Part shown: one piece after another, positions 12,793 through 24,506 of the stretch
Numbering within the stretch: position 1 is the first letter of the stretch
Layout: each line of letters begins with the position of its first letter
From: Amphiscolops sp. MND2022
Lineage: Eukaryota
Assembly: GCA_964187785.1 (NCBI GenBank)
Contig: OZ076419.1
Location: forward strand, 45,384,001 to 45,448,000
Length of the DNA: 64,000 nucleotides
Direction of reading: 5' to 3'
The notes under the pieces: generated by a model
What the model was told of the DNA's origin: nothing
Databases searched by the model: none
What the model saw: the letters and a program-made list of their open reading frames with translations, nothing else
Translations under genes and position numbers: made by a program

Positions 12793-15187
12793 ATTGACTG
12801 CATAGCTCAGATGAAAACCGTCTGAAATGGTCAAAATCCGAATTATTGAATCAAACAATTCAGGTCATCGTGAAAGGACTGTCAGTATAAAAACACTTTT
12901 GTGGAAAAAGTGGTTCAATTGATTCATTCAAAATATGACGTGCTTCGATTACGCCCAATTTGAAAAGAATCTGGAATTATTCTCGGCAAACAAATTAATT
13001 TGACAGCGTTTTTCTTTAGAAAAGAGCGACTATAGTCATGGTTTTCCAAAAATAGTTCTTGTAAAAATTCTTCAATTTTGGTAAAGTCCCTTTGGGCAAT
13101 GTACATCCTACCTTTGAAATGTAAAGGAGTCTCCTTCGTCAAGCACACAACAGGAGTTACGGCCAACCGGTTATAACGGTTTCCGGATATAACGTGTACT
13201 AGAAATGCATTCCCAAGATATTCAGAGTTTATACAAATTCAACTGAGGAATCCCCGTCTGGTTTGTTTGGCACTGTGAGACCTTGTTATTTTCAATATAA
13301 TCAAACAGCTGTTATATCTTCAATTATTTATCATTCTTCGGGCTGTTTTGACTCTGTGCGTTTTTTTACGAAACTTTCATTTGATAAAAGGGTATGTTCC
13401 TGCTTTCCTATCTGTTTTCGGATTGAGGAAAGTAGTTTCTAAGCTGAAAGTTCCTTTTTCGGCACTATGACACTTTCCCGAAAAAAAAATCGAATTAATT
13501 TTCAAAAAAGATCTTTTGTAATTCTAGTTGGGGAAACTGTGGTTTCCGAGCCTTATGTGTATCCTTTGGGGTATTTTTTGGCACTGAGGTTTGAATTGAC
13601 TTTGTATTTATCTGCTAATCAATGAAAAAAAAACGCAAGCTAAAACAAAACATATACACTCATCAATTGACAGATTGTTAAAAGAGATATTTTTTCACAA
13701 CAAAAAGATATCCAATTTAGTCTGGATTGATTCAGTATTTGACGAAAAAAATTTCAGAAATACAGCTTGATGATCCTTTCAAAATACTATATCTTTTATA
13801 AGTTCCATTACAACCCGTTCTCTTCCAAAGTTCTGTTCAACGTTTTTCAGGTTTTCCTGGAAGGAATGGGGTTTGTCTTGTCTCTGATTGGCCGTTTGGG
13901 TGAATGGTATCCGGTAAAGGGAACTGATCTGTCAATCTCTGATTGCAATCATGAATAAAATCAACAACAGCACAGAATTTAATTATTTCAAATTTCGCTC
14001 GAGGAAAGAAAAATCTTCAGATTCGAAAAGTGTTCCTCGCTTTCATATTGCTCACGTCTTCATATTGTTCAAGAGATCCAACTTTTGTTTTGTTTTCAAT
14101 TATCGGTCATTTCGTCTTTCAAATTGCAAACGTTTTGATTAAATTTCTAAAAATTAAGGTACATCAAAAAGAATTCTACTCAAAGATTCCTTTAAAAATT
14201 GTTCTCGGAAAATAATTATTCTGTGTGAACAAACACTGTGATTCTTCAAAACTAGAAAGTTTCTTACTACAAAAAGTACTTTCCAAAGTTGCGAAATACT
14301 CTTCATCAAAATCTTCAAAACAATAATCATATCAATTCCGATTAAGAGACAGTTTTCACTTTCATCAGAGCCTTCACTGTTTTTCAATCAAATTATTTTA
14401 AAAAGTTTTCACTGGTTCATTCCACATGTTTATTCAAAATAATCAAGGCATGTCAATTATTCATAGGGTAAAATTGATACCATGAAGGTAAAAAAGTGTT
14501 CATGAGTCATATTATTTGATTTTAGAAAAAAGTATCACTTTATTATAAGTTGAGTACAAAATCATAATCTAAAACATATGTTTCTTGAGAAACGAGTGAA
14601 AAATATGGAATCTACTTTATTGTTTCAATTTTTCTTTCTATAAGTGTTGATACGTTTATTTTCTCTTGTTTTTGTAAGAGCAAACAAGTTTTAGCCAAAT
14701 GATAAACAAAATATTATTTTTCTGCAAAAATGTTAGGAAAGTGTGTTCTAAAATACATTGTTTGTTTTTTTTCTTCCAATTTTCATTCGGAGAGCGGGAA
14801 GAACGTGTTTGGAGGATTGTCTGAATATGTCACACGGGATTAAGGTTTTGTTGGGACACTGGTGTTGATTCTACAGTAGTGTGCGTATAGCAACCGTTTT
14901 CAGTCCAAGTCAAAATTTCACTCAGAGGGCTAAATATTTTAAACAGTAGTGAAAACATGTGTAGGACATTTTACTTCAAACGAAATCCAATCCCTCATGA
15001 ATTGGCACTGCATTTTCTCAAGGGCTGTTTACGAGCTCAGGCGATGGTGGGGTTGACAAACCAGGAAAGTCTCTGGACAGTTCGAACGCTCCTCAGAAAT
15101 GAATTCAGTTAAAACATTTTTTTTTCGAATTTCTCTTCAACATTTTCCCTGGTGCAGATATAGTCATTGTCAGTTTTCTTTGAAAAG

Positions 15188-15265
15188 GCTGCAGCGAATG
15201 TTTTATTCAAGGTCTGGTTGGAGTAGTCGGTTGCGCGAAAGATTGCTTTGGTACTAGTTGCACGG
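15188..15265 (+). CDS. Putative exon of claudin/PMP22-like gene 1 (extracellular loop 1)
   Basis: Reads CSECFIQGLVGVVGCAKDCFGTSCT and ends phase 1 at g|GTAAAT, joining the phase-1 exon at 17192 in frame; acceptor position uncertain (15188 or 15195). Confidence 0.5.
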
Positions 15266-16082
15266 GTAAATGGTGGTTTGAACCCGGTGACGGCGTTCAC
15301 GGGTTATGGAATAGATACCACTGTGATTGTTGATGTCTTCAACTCCCCTCCTGTTCAAGGAGATTGCAATAGTCTTCAAAGCAATATTCTCTCCTCCAAC
15401 ATTACTCGCGCAGCACATGTCTACTCTGAACAGACTTTTAAAATAAAATTTCATCCATCAAAAACATCCTGCAAATTTGAAGACTGTAAAACGCTTGCTC
15501 AACAGTTTGAAATAGTGTCGCGGCTTGAAAAGGCAAAACGTAATAAACGTTAGGTTTTTTGAAATTGCTTTATCGAAATTACTGTTATTTTTGTTCTTTT
15601 CATATTCAACGTTGTCGACGTTCTTTTCATATCATTGTCGTCATACTTGTGTTTTGGAATCAAGAAAATATTATCCACGTTTAACATTCGATGAAAGCAC
15701 ACATGTAGAAAAAATACATTTTTCTTGTTGAAAGATCAATTCGCCAAAAAAGTAGTTTTTGCACAAATACTATCAAAGATTTAGGATATGCTGAGGCTCA
15801 AACCTGGATAACGGCAGTTCCCACTGAAAGGAAATAAGGCAAGAGAAATAGGTTTTGTGCTATGGGCTACCTTGTCACTGGAAAAAGTGCCTTCTTTCAA
15901 ACTCCGCTGTTGCTTGGCACAATGGAAAAGACCGCTCCAGTTTCGTTGAAGCATCAGTTTTGTCAACGAAAAAAGTCTAGTACCGGTGGAGGAGTCATTT
16001 TGTACTCGACACACACTGCGTGTTTTTTACGTTTGGTTACGTCATCTTCGTGTCGAATCTATTACGTAACGTTTGGGAAGAA

Positions 16083-16282
16083 NNNNNNNNNNNNNNNNNN
16101 NNNNNNNNNNNNNNNNNNNNNNNNNNNNNNNNNNNNNNNNNNNNNNNNNNNNNNNNNNNNNNNNNNNNNNNNNNNNNNNNNNNNNNNNNNNNNNNNNNNN
16201 NNNNNNNNNNNNNNNNNNNNNNNNNNNNNNNNNNNNNNNNNNNNNNNNNNNNNNNNNNNNNNNNNNNNNNNNNNNNNNNNNN
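16083..16282. other. Assembly gap (200 N)
   Basis: Run of exactly 200 N. Confidence 1.
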
Positions 16283-16451
16283 AGTCTTGAAGTGCCAAAA
16301 AAACGTATTCCCAATCTTAATACATTGTTGCTGATTTCCGTAACTTTATGCAAAGACGAAGCTATGGCACATCTCTAAACATTGACAATCATATCTTATT
16401 TTAAACCCGAGGCTCTTGAGCCCACCCCAAAACTTGATCCGTTCCCAATTG

Positions 16452-16581
16452 CATATATATATATATAATATATCTACAAAGATTTTTAAATATATATTTA
16501 TATTATATATATATATATATAAAATATAAATATGTATTTAAATACCTTTGTAGATATATTATATATATATATATATATATG
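16452..16581. repeat. AT-rich imperfect palindrome with (AT)n ends
   Basis: tatataatatatctacaaag...ctttgtagatatattatata inverted arms around a central (AT)n. Confidence 0.85.
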
Positions 16582-17191
16582 ATGTCTATTCCGGTGAACA
16601 TAATTTCTGAGAAGTAAGTTTATATGAATGGCCCTTTAAAACCGTATTACAAAAAAAGGAATATGAAGAAGTTTGGATAAAAAACAAAGATTGAACATCT
16701 TTTTGTGAAAGCAATCTTTTGTTCCCGACAGCTGTTGACATTATATAATTTGCCTAGCCGTGAACGTACTCATGGACTTTTGAACCGATAGTTTGGTAAC
16801 AGTTCAACATTGTCTCTGTAATGGCATCAGAATCGAATCTGTTTCTGGGATCTGAGAAACCTGTTATTTCTGAGAGACTGACCAGTTCAAACTCTGATCG
16901 GTGAAGATTGAATTCAGGGGGTAAATTTCCAGGAAAGAATATTCCAGTAAAATTCTCGCCAAACTAATAACTCTTCTGATATATTTCAGCCAGTGAATTA
17001 AAACATTAAAAAAAACTTCTAATGTATCAAAAACAAAAATTCCATTTGTATGTTTTGTTGAAAATCTGTTCAAATATTGAGATAACGTCACGTTCTGAGT
17101 AGTGATTATTGAGATAACTGAAGTTAAAGTTGACACATAATTTCTGAAGAATCCTGTATTTTGTTTTCATCCACCGGAATCTCTGTTTCAG

Positions 17192-17353
17192 GAGGTTATG
17201 TCCCTTATTTCAATGCAATGAGAGCATTCCATGTTTTGACGCTTATAAACCTGCTTGGAGCGGTTGTGTTGTGGATAGTGGCATGCGCTACTGGGGATTA
17301 CAAAGGCCGAACTGTACTTGTGACCCTGGTGTTTGTCATGAGCGTAGCTGCAA
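17192..17353 (+). CDS. Internal exon of claudin/PMP22-like gene 1 (two hydrophobic segments)
   Basis: tttcAG| ... |GTAAGT; GYVPYFNAMRAFHVLTLINLLGAVVLWIVACATGDYKGRTVLVTLVFVMSVAA; clear paralog at 60905-61063. Confidence 0.85.
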
Positions 17354-18648
17354 GTAAGTTTAGAACAATCTCATTCAAATACGAAAACGTTTTTGAAAAA
17401 ATTATCTTTTTTGTGAAGCTATCATTACAAGTTTTCCTCAAAAAAGACTTGCACTACGGTTGCTTATTCCATGCAAAGGACCTTGTCAGGGAATTTTCAC
17501 GCCAGAGGTACTGAACGATTGGACGGAAGGCATTTCGGGATTCGGCGATAGAAACTCTCTAGTGTGCGTGCTTGTTTCAAATTGCAACAAACATGGTGAT
17601 TTTAAACAAAGATAGCGATGTTGTTGAACAGAGGTACTGGTGAAGGCATCGAGTTAACCAGAAACCATCAACGAGACACAGCAAGTTGGACTTCTAGGAA
17701 TTGCTAGAAAATGGCATATCGTATCTCATATCGTTCAACTACGTTCAAGTAGCAGCTATCCAATGGAAAAATGACTGTTTCAGAAAAAATTTTCCGGTAA
17801 CCATCAAGAAGACCAAAAATGTATCTTTTCGCCCTTTTCATTCAGCTTGGGGTGTCAGTTGTCAGTGTGTTATTTTATAGTATGTGTATTGCGATCTGAA
17901 AAACGTACTGGCACAACAACCACATATCAGTCCGAAATAATGGCCCAATTAACATCCCGTCCAGACAATCCAGTGGACTTAAGAACTGCTAAGGATAACT
18001 CCAGTTTTCAAACAGTTTCAAGACCTAACTATTCCTGCTGCAGTCCTTGCCAGAACTTGAGAAAAGCATTCTATTTACTTTTTGATCAATGTACTCTTGC
18101 AAATGTTCATTCTCATACCACTTTAAACTTCATTCAAACGTTTTAGTTTCAGATAGTCTAGTGGTAACGAGGCGAAGCTACCAACTCCAAAATCAGGGTT
18201 CATTTCCACAATTCCTTGTCTTCCCGAATTTTTCAATCGTCAGTTTATATGAGGTTATTTGCAGTACCTGAAAAGACTGGTCCAGGACTTGTCAGGAAGC
18301 AATGATACTTGTAACGGCTGCTTGATCCATTCATCAGACCAAACTTTACGCCACCCTGAATTCAGTGCTCAGTACTGCGGACTGTCCCTGATCACAGCAT
18401 GCTTCTTAGAATAAAAGGACTGTATATTGACTTGGTAGGATCCAATGATCCTGAATTACACTTCTTTCTTGTGTCCCAACACGTCCACAAGTTGACAGTA
18501 ACTAACAAATCGCCCAAAGTTCGGCGAAAAGTCTATAAAGTTAAAGAAGTGAATAGAGAACTAAATTGGCCTTGCCACCCAACTTGAACACAATGTTCCA
18601 GTCGCCTGTCGTCTAACTAGTTATGGTAAATATCTCGTTTGAAAATAT

Positions 18649-19056
18649 TCAATGAATGTAATTCAAAAAGAAGAAGTTGTTACGACTATTGTTCGGTGTC
18701 GTTTTAGAACTAGTCGCAGTTTGCGTTTTGACTGGGGTGGACGTTCTCGCTACGGAGATGTTTTCTTGGTCAGAATCAGAATCTTGCAAGTTCGAATTAG
18801 CTGAGCGTTTCTTGCTCGCAGGTGCTATTAATTTGAGCATTTCCTTTTGATTTTCAGCTAATATTTTTGTTAGATCAGTCATTATCTCTTTTCTCAGAGT
18901 TGTTTTTATTTCCTCCAGGTTTTCAAGCTCAAGTCTAGGATTTTTACTAGAACTAGGTATCAGGTTTTCAGTAGAGTTATTTTCAGCTAGGGAAGCTTCA
19001 AAATCTCCTGACGCTAACTCAGCTATAGCTTTTCTCTTCTGGCTCCTTGTCGTCAT
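18649..19056 (-). CDS. LTR-embedded ORF start (MTTRSQKRK..., coiled-coil), probably the N-terminus of gag
   Basis: ATG at 19056; open through the LTR end at 18678 and stops in flanking DNA. Confidence 0.6.
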   Translation of the reverse strand: MTTRSQKRKAIAELASGDFEASLAENNSTENLIPSSSKNPRLELENLEEIKTTLRKEIMTDLTKILAENQKEMLKLIAPASKKRSANSNLQDSDSDQENISVARTSTPVKTQTATSSKTTPNNSRNNFFFLNYIH

Positions 19057-21021
19057 TTTCAAAGTTGGTCTTTGGCAAGAATTAAATTCTTCAAAGAAAT
19101 TTTGAGTTTTCGTTATTACAACGAGCAACAAAATTTTGAAACAAATTCAAGATCAACTAAAATTACATGTCCTTTCTACATATTTATACCTTCTTAGCAT
19201 CATTTGTTCCTCGCCTAAAAATTCCTAGGAATCTTAAAATTGGGTTTGTTCAACAAAATTCGCCAATGATTCAAATTATTTCAGTCTGGCGTCATAACTT
19301 CAGGTATCGAAATTCCTAGTTGCGTCAACATTCCGTGAGACTCTGTTGAAATCATTTTTGTTCAGATAGTCCATTTCCTGTTTGATTTTCAAAACCGCGG
19401 TAAAATGGAAGTCTAACTGACATTTTCATCAGCGTAAACACGCCGGCGTGAACTATTAGTCAATATCCAACTCAAGAAGTTGGAATTTTGAGGAAAAAGA
19501 TGACACTCAAAAATGGTGACGGAAACGATACGTCGCAGAAAATTCGCCGTTGAGAATATTTGAAAAGAGAAACAAATGATGCTGATGGGTATTAAGGCAG
19601 ATTGACTTCAGTATACAACAAACATGAAATCCAACACAATAATTGATTTGGGTTACGGGAATACTCCGTATCGTGTCGCAAATACTATCTAACTGCATCA
19701 GCACAAGAATAAAAATGAAACAAGGTAACAAAGGTATTTCAAAACTTGTACAAATCCGAAATTGTTTTCGGGATCATTCATTCATCATCATATTTAGGGT
19801 TAGGTTATAAAATTAGCATCAAACGAACATTAGTATAATTTACGTATGCGCTCCGTGGCTTGGAATTAGATCTTGAGTAATCCAATCATTATTATACAGA
19901 AAACATGACGTAGGTTTACGAGGATTAGTGCAAAACTCATCGTCATCAACTGATCATAAACTGCAAAGAAAGTATCGGTATGAATTACGGGTACACTCCG
20001 TAATATAGTATTTAAGAGGTACAGCAATGGCGTAATAAATTTAGTATAGAATTCAGGACATTACAACTTTGTTCTTCTCATAATCCTTCCTTACAATGCA
20101 GCTGTTTTCATCTAAAACCTAATCAAGAAATTCCCTAGCTAATAACGAATCAGGAAAAAATTCTCTTAAACTTTCATTCGTTCCATTATTTCCTAACTAT
20201 ATGTTCTCAAACCACTCCGTAAATGCTTCGTACGTATTAAGATTGCTTATAGTAGAGCGGTGGACTACAATTTTACAATTCGCCACGTAACTGCTACGTA
20301 CGTATAAAGATTGCTTATAGCTAGTAGGTCAGAGTGAACAGAAAGCGAGCGGAACGCGTAGGCGAATTCATTCTTTCTCTCTTATTCTGATTGGCGTTGC
20401 TAGGGGCAACCGAATTTAATACCGCTCGCGCTAGCTAAGAATAGTCCTGCCGAGGAGGTGACGTTATTAGTCCGCAAAAGTGGAATATCTAATTTTAGCT
20501 CAGTAGAGTGACACCGTCATTACGTTGTAAATCCTCTCTCAAGTCACTTGACTGTGCCTTAAGTGGGTATTGACAACTACTTTATCACAGAAATAACCAA
20601 AACAACTCTGTCTTTTATGTATTTTTTCTTTTTAGATCGTATGGATTCCGTTGGGATTGCGGGATTTTAAATGTGTTTTATTTTAATGTGGAACTGAAGA
20701 AAAATCCCTGTTGTTAAATGTCTATTTTGGTATTTAGATCAGTATGGCCAACTTCAGAAGATTAAACCGGATATGGAAAATCTATTAAGCGTGAAATCTT
20801 TTAACCGGAAGTTTTAGCTAAATATCTTTTCTTAAAATATTCCGTGACGCATGCGTTAGGTCTTATTCTGAAAAATTATCTACGAAATAATCTTAGCTGC
20901 ACTGTAAGTAGAATTATATTAATTTAGTTAGTATTTTAATGGTACTTGCAGTATCCCCTTCCTCTGCCTCTTCCTAGGGCGAAACACCATTCACACCCAC
21001 GACCGGGAGCGGGTCGTGACA
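18678..21021 (-). mobile_element. Solo LTR (2344 bp), gypsy-like, inside intron of gene 1
   Basis: Ends TGTTACGAC.../...GTCGTGACA; 5-bp TSD GAAGT at 18673-18677 and 21022-21026. Confidence 0.9.
20387..20410. promoter_or_regulatory. CCAAT box plus X-box-like motif in the solo LTR
   Basis: CTGATTGG (20387-20394) followed by GTTGCTAGGGGCAAC (20396-20410). Confidence 0.4.
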
Positions 21022-21249
21022 GAAGTATGAATATATGACATTTATTTTAGTGTAACATGAAAGTTAGTAGCGTGGTAAATAAAAAATGACATGGGTTTTG
21101 TATGTTTTTCAGGCGTTGTAATGGTAAACTTACACAATGTAAAGACCATACACTAATGGGTATTTCATGTCTTTTAACGTGGAAGGGTGAATCGCATTAC
21201 TGCTGAATGACATTGAAACCGCTGAATGAACATTGAATGACATTTAAAT

Positions 21250-23300
21250 TTTACTTTGAGTTTCGAAGAGTTCTGAGTTATAACTTTCATCCAGCATGCT
21301 CGATTATGAGTTTCTCATCTTGTGGTTGACTGGCGCGAATGTCACTTGTGTGTGGTGGTCCGGGACTTAACAAGTCATTACCAGTCCTTATGATTCGTTG
21401 GCAGCCCTTGAATACACATCTTCATATGTGAAACGGTGAAGAATTGTTTCTCTTGGACATTTGGATAGCAAAAAAAGCGCTTGGATTTAACGGAAGGTTT
21501 TGCAGAACCTATGTCTGCCACCATTACAGCGCAGAGGAACGCTCTAATCTCTTGAAAATGTCTAATGCCATTAAATTTGTTGCAGCTACAAGGATGAGTT
21601 TGAAGCAGCTCGGGTTTTGACTGTGATGGGAAACCGTTTTTAATTTTGTAACTGCGAGCGAAGTGAAATGTGTTGTTGATTTTGCGTATTGGCCTCTGAC
21701 ATCATTTGGCTAATCTGCAACATGACGTTTGGGTGAAAATTGTGCGGTCTTTGGGTCCATTCCCCCAAACACTAGAGAATTTAAGCAGTTCTAGCGTTGT
21801 TCACGTGATGACCAACAGTACTGCTTGACAACAGGTGAGTCAACAGGAACACTTGATGAAGAGACATGATTCTAGTTGGATCGTGACAAAATCTGTTGAA
21901 TTTCAGATAGATGATGAGATACGATGGTTGTCCAAGTTCGCGGAAGATAGCACGCCAATGCAGCGAAAAAATAGAATCTGTCCGTCGAAGGCCATTTTCT
22001 CCTGTATAACTGTGAGAACGAGCATCTATGATTTTTACAAAAATTTTCAAACCCAAACGAGTGCAACGTATTTCCAACCACGGCGAAAATACTGCTTTGA
22101 TGATTGCCACGCGATTGTTCTCAAGAATGAAACTCCCAACGCGTTGATTTTATAATCTTCGTAAAGGATGCTTGTTGTGGTTGTGTTCACATTTTCGCGA
22201 AGTTTTTCGGACACGTACGTGGTGACTTCATTATCACCAGAGACCTTACGAAGCTTCATTCCTTCCTTGATTGCTTTAGTTTTCACAAATTTTTGTTAAG
22301 ATTGTTTCAACTCCGCAATGAAATCGACACCTGAGTAGAAATCCGTTTTGACAGAAAAGCCAAGTTCAATGTCACAGCACGAATCTGCGAATGTTTTCGC
22401 GGCACGTGAAAAATGAAACACGAAAGATGTTATGATATATGTACATCGAGTCATGCGATATTGTTGTTTGAGCTTACTTGTCGAATGGTACCCACGGTTT
22501 CGATGTTAATCTTTCCCGGCTTTATCCGGTGCAACGTACCTATAAATGTTTGCAACATCAGCTTTCTTATGGAATCGAAATCATATCAGTACTAAAAATT
22601 GTCTACGTAGACAGTCGGCCCTGTCATCAAAAAACCGGTAGGAGAACTACCAGTGGTTAATTTGACAGAATCGAATGATCACTCGCCTTCGTTGTCACCG
22701 CATTCTCCTTATCAATACAAAAATGGTGAAAGAAGAAGATTTGAATGTCCGACTTGTCAATTTCGGCTTCAGGAACAGGTTCAAGATGTTGAGGAGAACT
22801 GAACTGGTTTATTCAATCCGTAAAGTCACAGGGTTGATTTATAACTTTTTCTTTAAACTTAGAAAACGACACTTTGGCTGAACAAAAACATCCCAAACGG
22901 ACAGGCGTTTGATTCGAAAGGCATTGAGTCATTCAATTGATATTCAACCACTCGAGGTGTTTCCAGGAAATTATTTCAACAAGCGAGCACTTCATTTGTC
23001 AACTGGTTCCCATTCGAAAGTTTTTAACTCCCAAAACCTCTTCAGAGTATTAAAGGATCCGAACATATTGAGACTACATGACACTCAATTGGTTAGTTTG
23101 CCTGAGACAATCCATTCAAAAGTCCACCCTTGGTCCCTGAAAGAACCACCGGAAAATAGTTTTCCAACACATCAGTCCTGAAAATTAGATCGAATGGTTT
23201 CCGTCCATTGAAATGAGAATCTGCTAGCTGCTGACTTCATGTGCAGCAAGTTTGCAGATTTTGAAGACTGATTCGGTAGATCGGTGCGTGCGAAGTAGAA
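21250..23300 (-). pseudogene. Decayed non-LTR retrotransposon (RTE-like) RT/C-terminal remnant
   Basis: Minus-strand fragments such as HMKMCIQGLPTNHKDW..LVKSRTT and LLNILNLFL...FFDD resemble LINE ORF2 C-terminus and RT motifs; many stops. Confidence 0.35.
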
Positions 23301-23666
23301 GTATGAACGGTTGGACGTCACGAAAATGCCCTGAGTTTTAGATTTCAGTGACTACTGAGTTTTTCCATAGTTGTATATTCAATGAACGTTTCCAATCCTG
23401 TTGACTGCGAGTGAATGTTTGTGACATTTCAACTTCACGCGTTGGACTGATTGCTCCGTTTGACTGATGACGGCAAGTTATGCTCTAAAGATTCTTCCAA
23501 TTAAGGAAACGAACAGAAACTCGCTTTACCGAAATTCAAGTTCTCGCGAAAAACTTCTTCTTGGAGCATCAGGTTTTGTAGGCAACAAGACGCTAATCAC
23601 CGGAATATTTTCCGCGAGATGCTTATTGCAAAAAAAGTATGGCGAACTTCGCTACTTGAAGTACTT

Positions 23667-23775
23667 GAAGTAGAGGTTCGAACCCACGACCTACTGACTG
23701 GTGAACAAAAAAATATTTATAGTACCAGCCCGGTTTCGAACCAGGACCTACAACCTGACTGAGCCACTATAATTG
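23667..23775 (-). mobile_element. tRNA-derived SINE-like fragments
   Basis: A-box-like GTGGCTCAGT and two B-boxes (GGTTCGAAACC, GGTTCGAACC) on the minus strand; no full cloverleaf. Confidence 0.45.
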
Positions 23776-24327
23776 GAGTAACTCAGTTGTAACTATCGCA
23801 AGTAAATCACTCAATGGAGTGGAGATAAAGTGGAGTTCTGGCAGAATTTGTAAAAAAAACTGCATCACAGATTTATGTGGGCGGAAAATAACAAATAACG
23901 GTCAGAAAGTGCTTGTTTCCGGAGCTCGCACAGCACAGAGCTTCTGCACTGTTGTTCATTTGTCTCTTCGGACCTACCTGTTTTTGTTGCAAGCGTCGTC
24001 GACATGTCCCTTTGGACAGAAATACGGACAACACAAACTTAACTGATTCGTCGACTAGCACTTTGACTTTTTGGTGCTGCAACTGAAATTTTGTGTTTCG
24101 TGTTTTGGCCCATAATTTCATTTGTCTGGAAAAAAGACACCTGGGTTCTTACGAAACGTATTTAAAACAAATTTTTCCAGAGAAAAAAAGGCGACCAGGC
24201 TTTGAAGTTTAGGCTAGGACCGGTCCCTATTTGGTCATCCTTGTTCCAAAAATCCACCGACCAAAACTGCCAGTATGCTTTGCGTACCTTTTGTTCTTCG
24301 CGAATGATTGAGTTTGTTTTTTTCTAG

Positions 24328-24506
24328 ACCTGACTGCTCTCATATTCGGTGCCTTGACAGCACGCGCAGTACATTATGATGAACTTCATTGGTTCGTAAC
24401 ATTAGTTGCATGGATGTTATTTCTTTGGACATCAGTTATTGCTGGCTTGGCTCTGGGATTCTTCGTATGTGCAGATGATAACAAGAAGGGTTGCTGCGGC
24501 TGCTAA
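24328..24506 (+). CDS. Terminal exon of claudin/PMP22-like gene 1
   Basis: ttttctAG|; phase-1 join gives NLTALIFGALTARAVHYDELHWFVTLVAWMLFLWTSVIAGLALGFFVCADDNKKGCCGC*; aligns without gaps to 62096-62268. Confidence 0.85.

Noticed and set aside
14960-16060. Histidine acid phosphatase-like fragments
   Set aside because: Only vague motif echoes and no RHG motif; part of the region is better explained as a gene 1 exon.
15862-16378. ORFs spanning the N run
   Set aside because: Artefacts of the assembly gap.
17600-18670. LINE endonuclease remnant (PDHSML, LINV)
   Set aside because: Motifs too short and scattered to support a call.
23667-23775. Functional tRNA genes (also 63030-63097)
   Set aside because: No complete cloverleaf or acceptor stem; treated as SINE heads.
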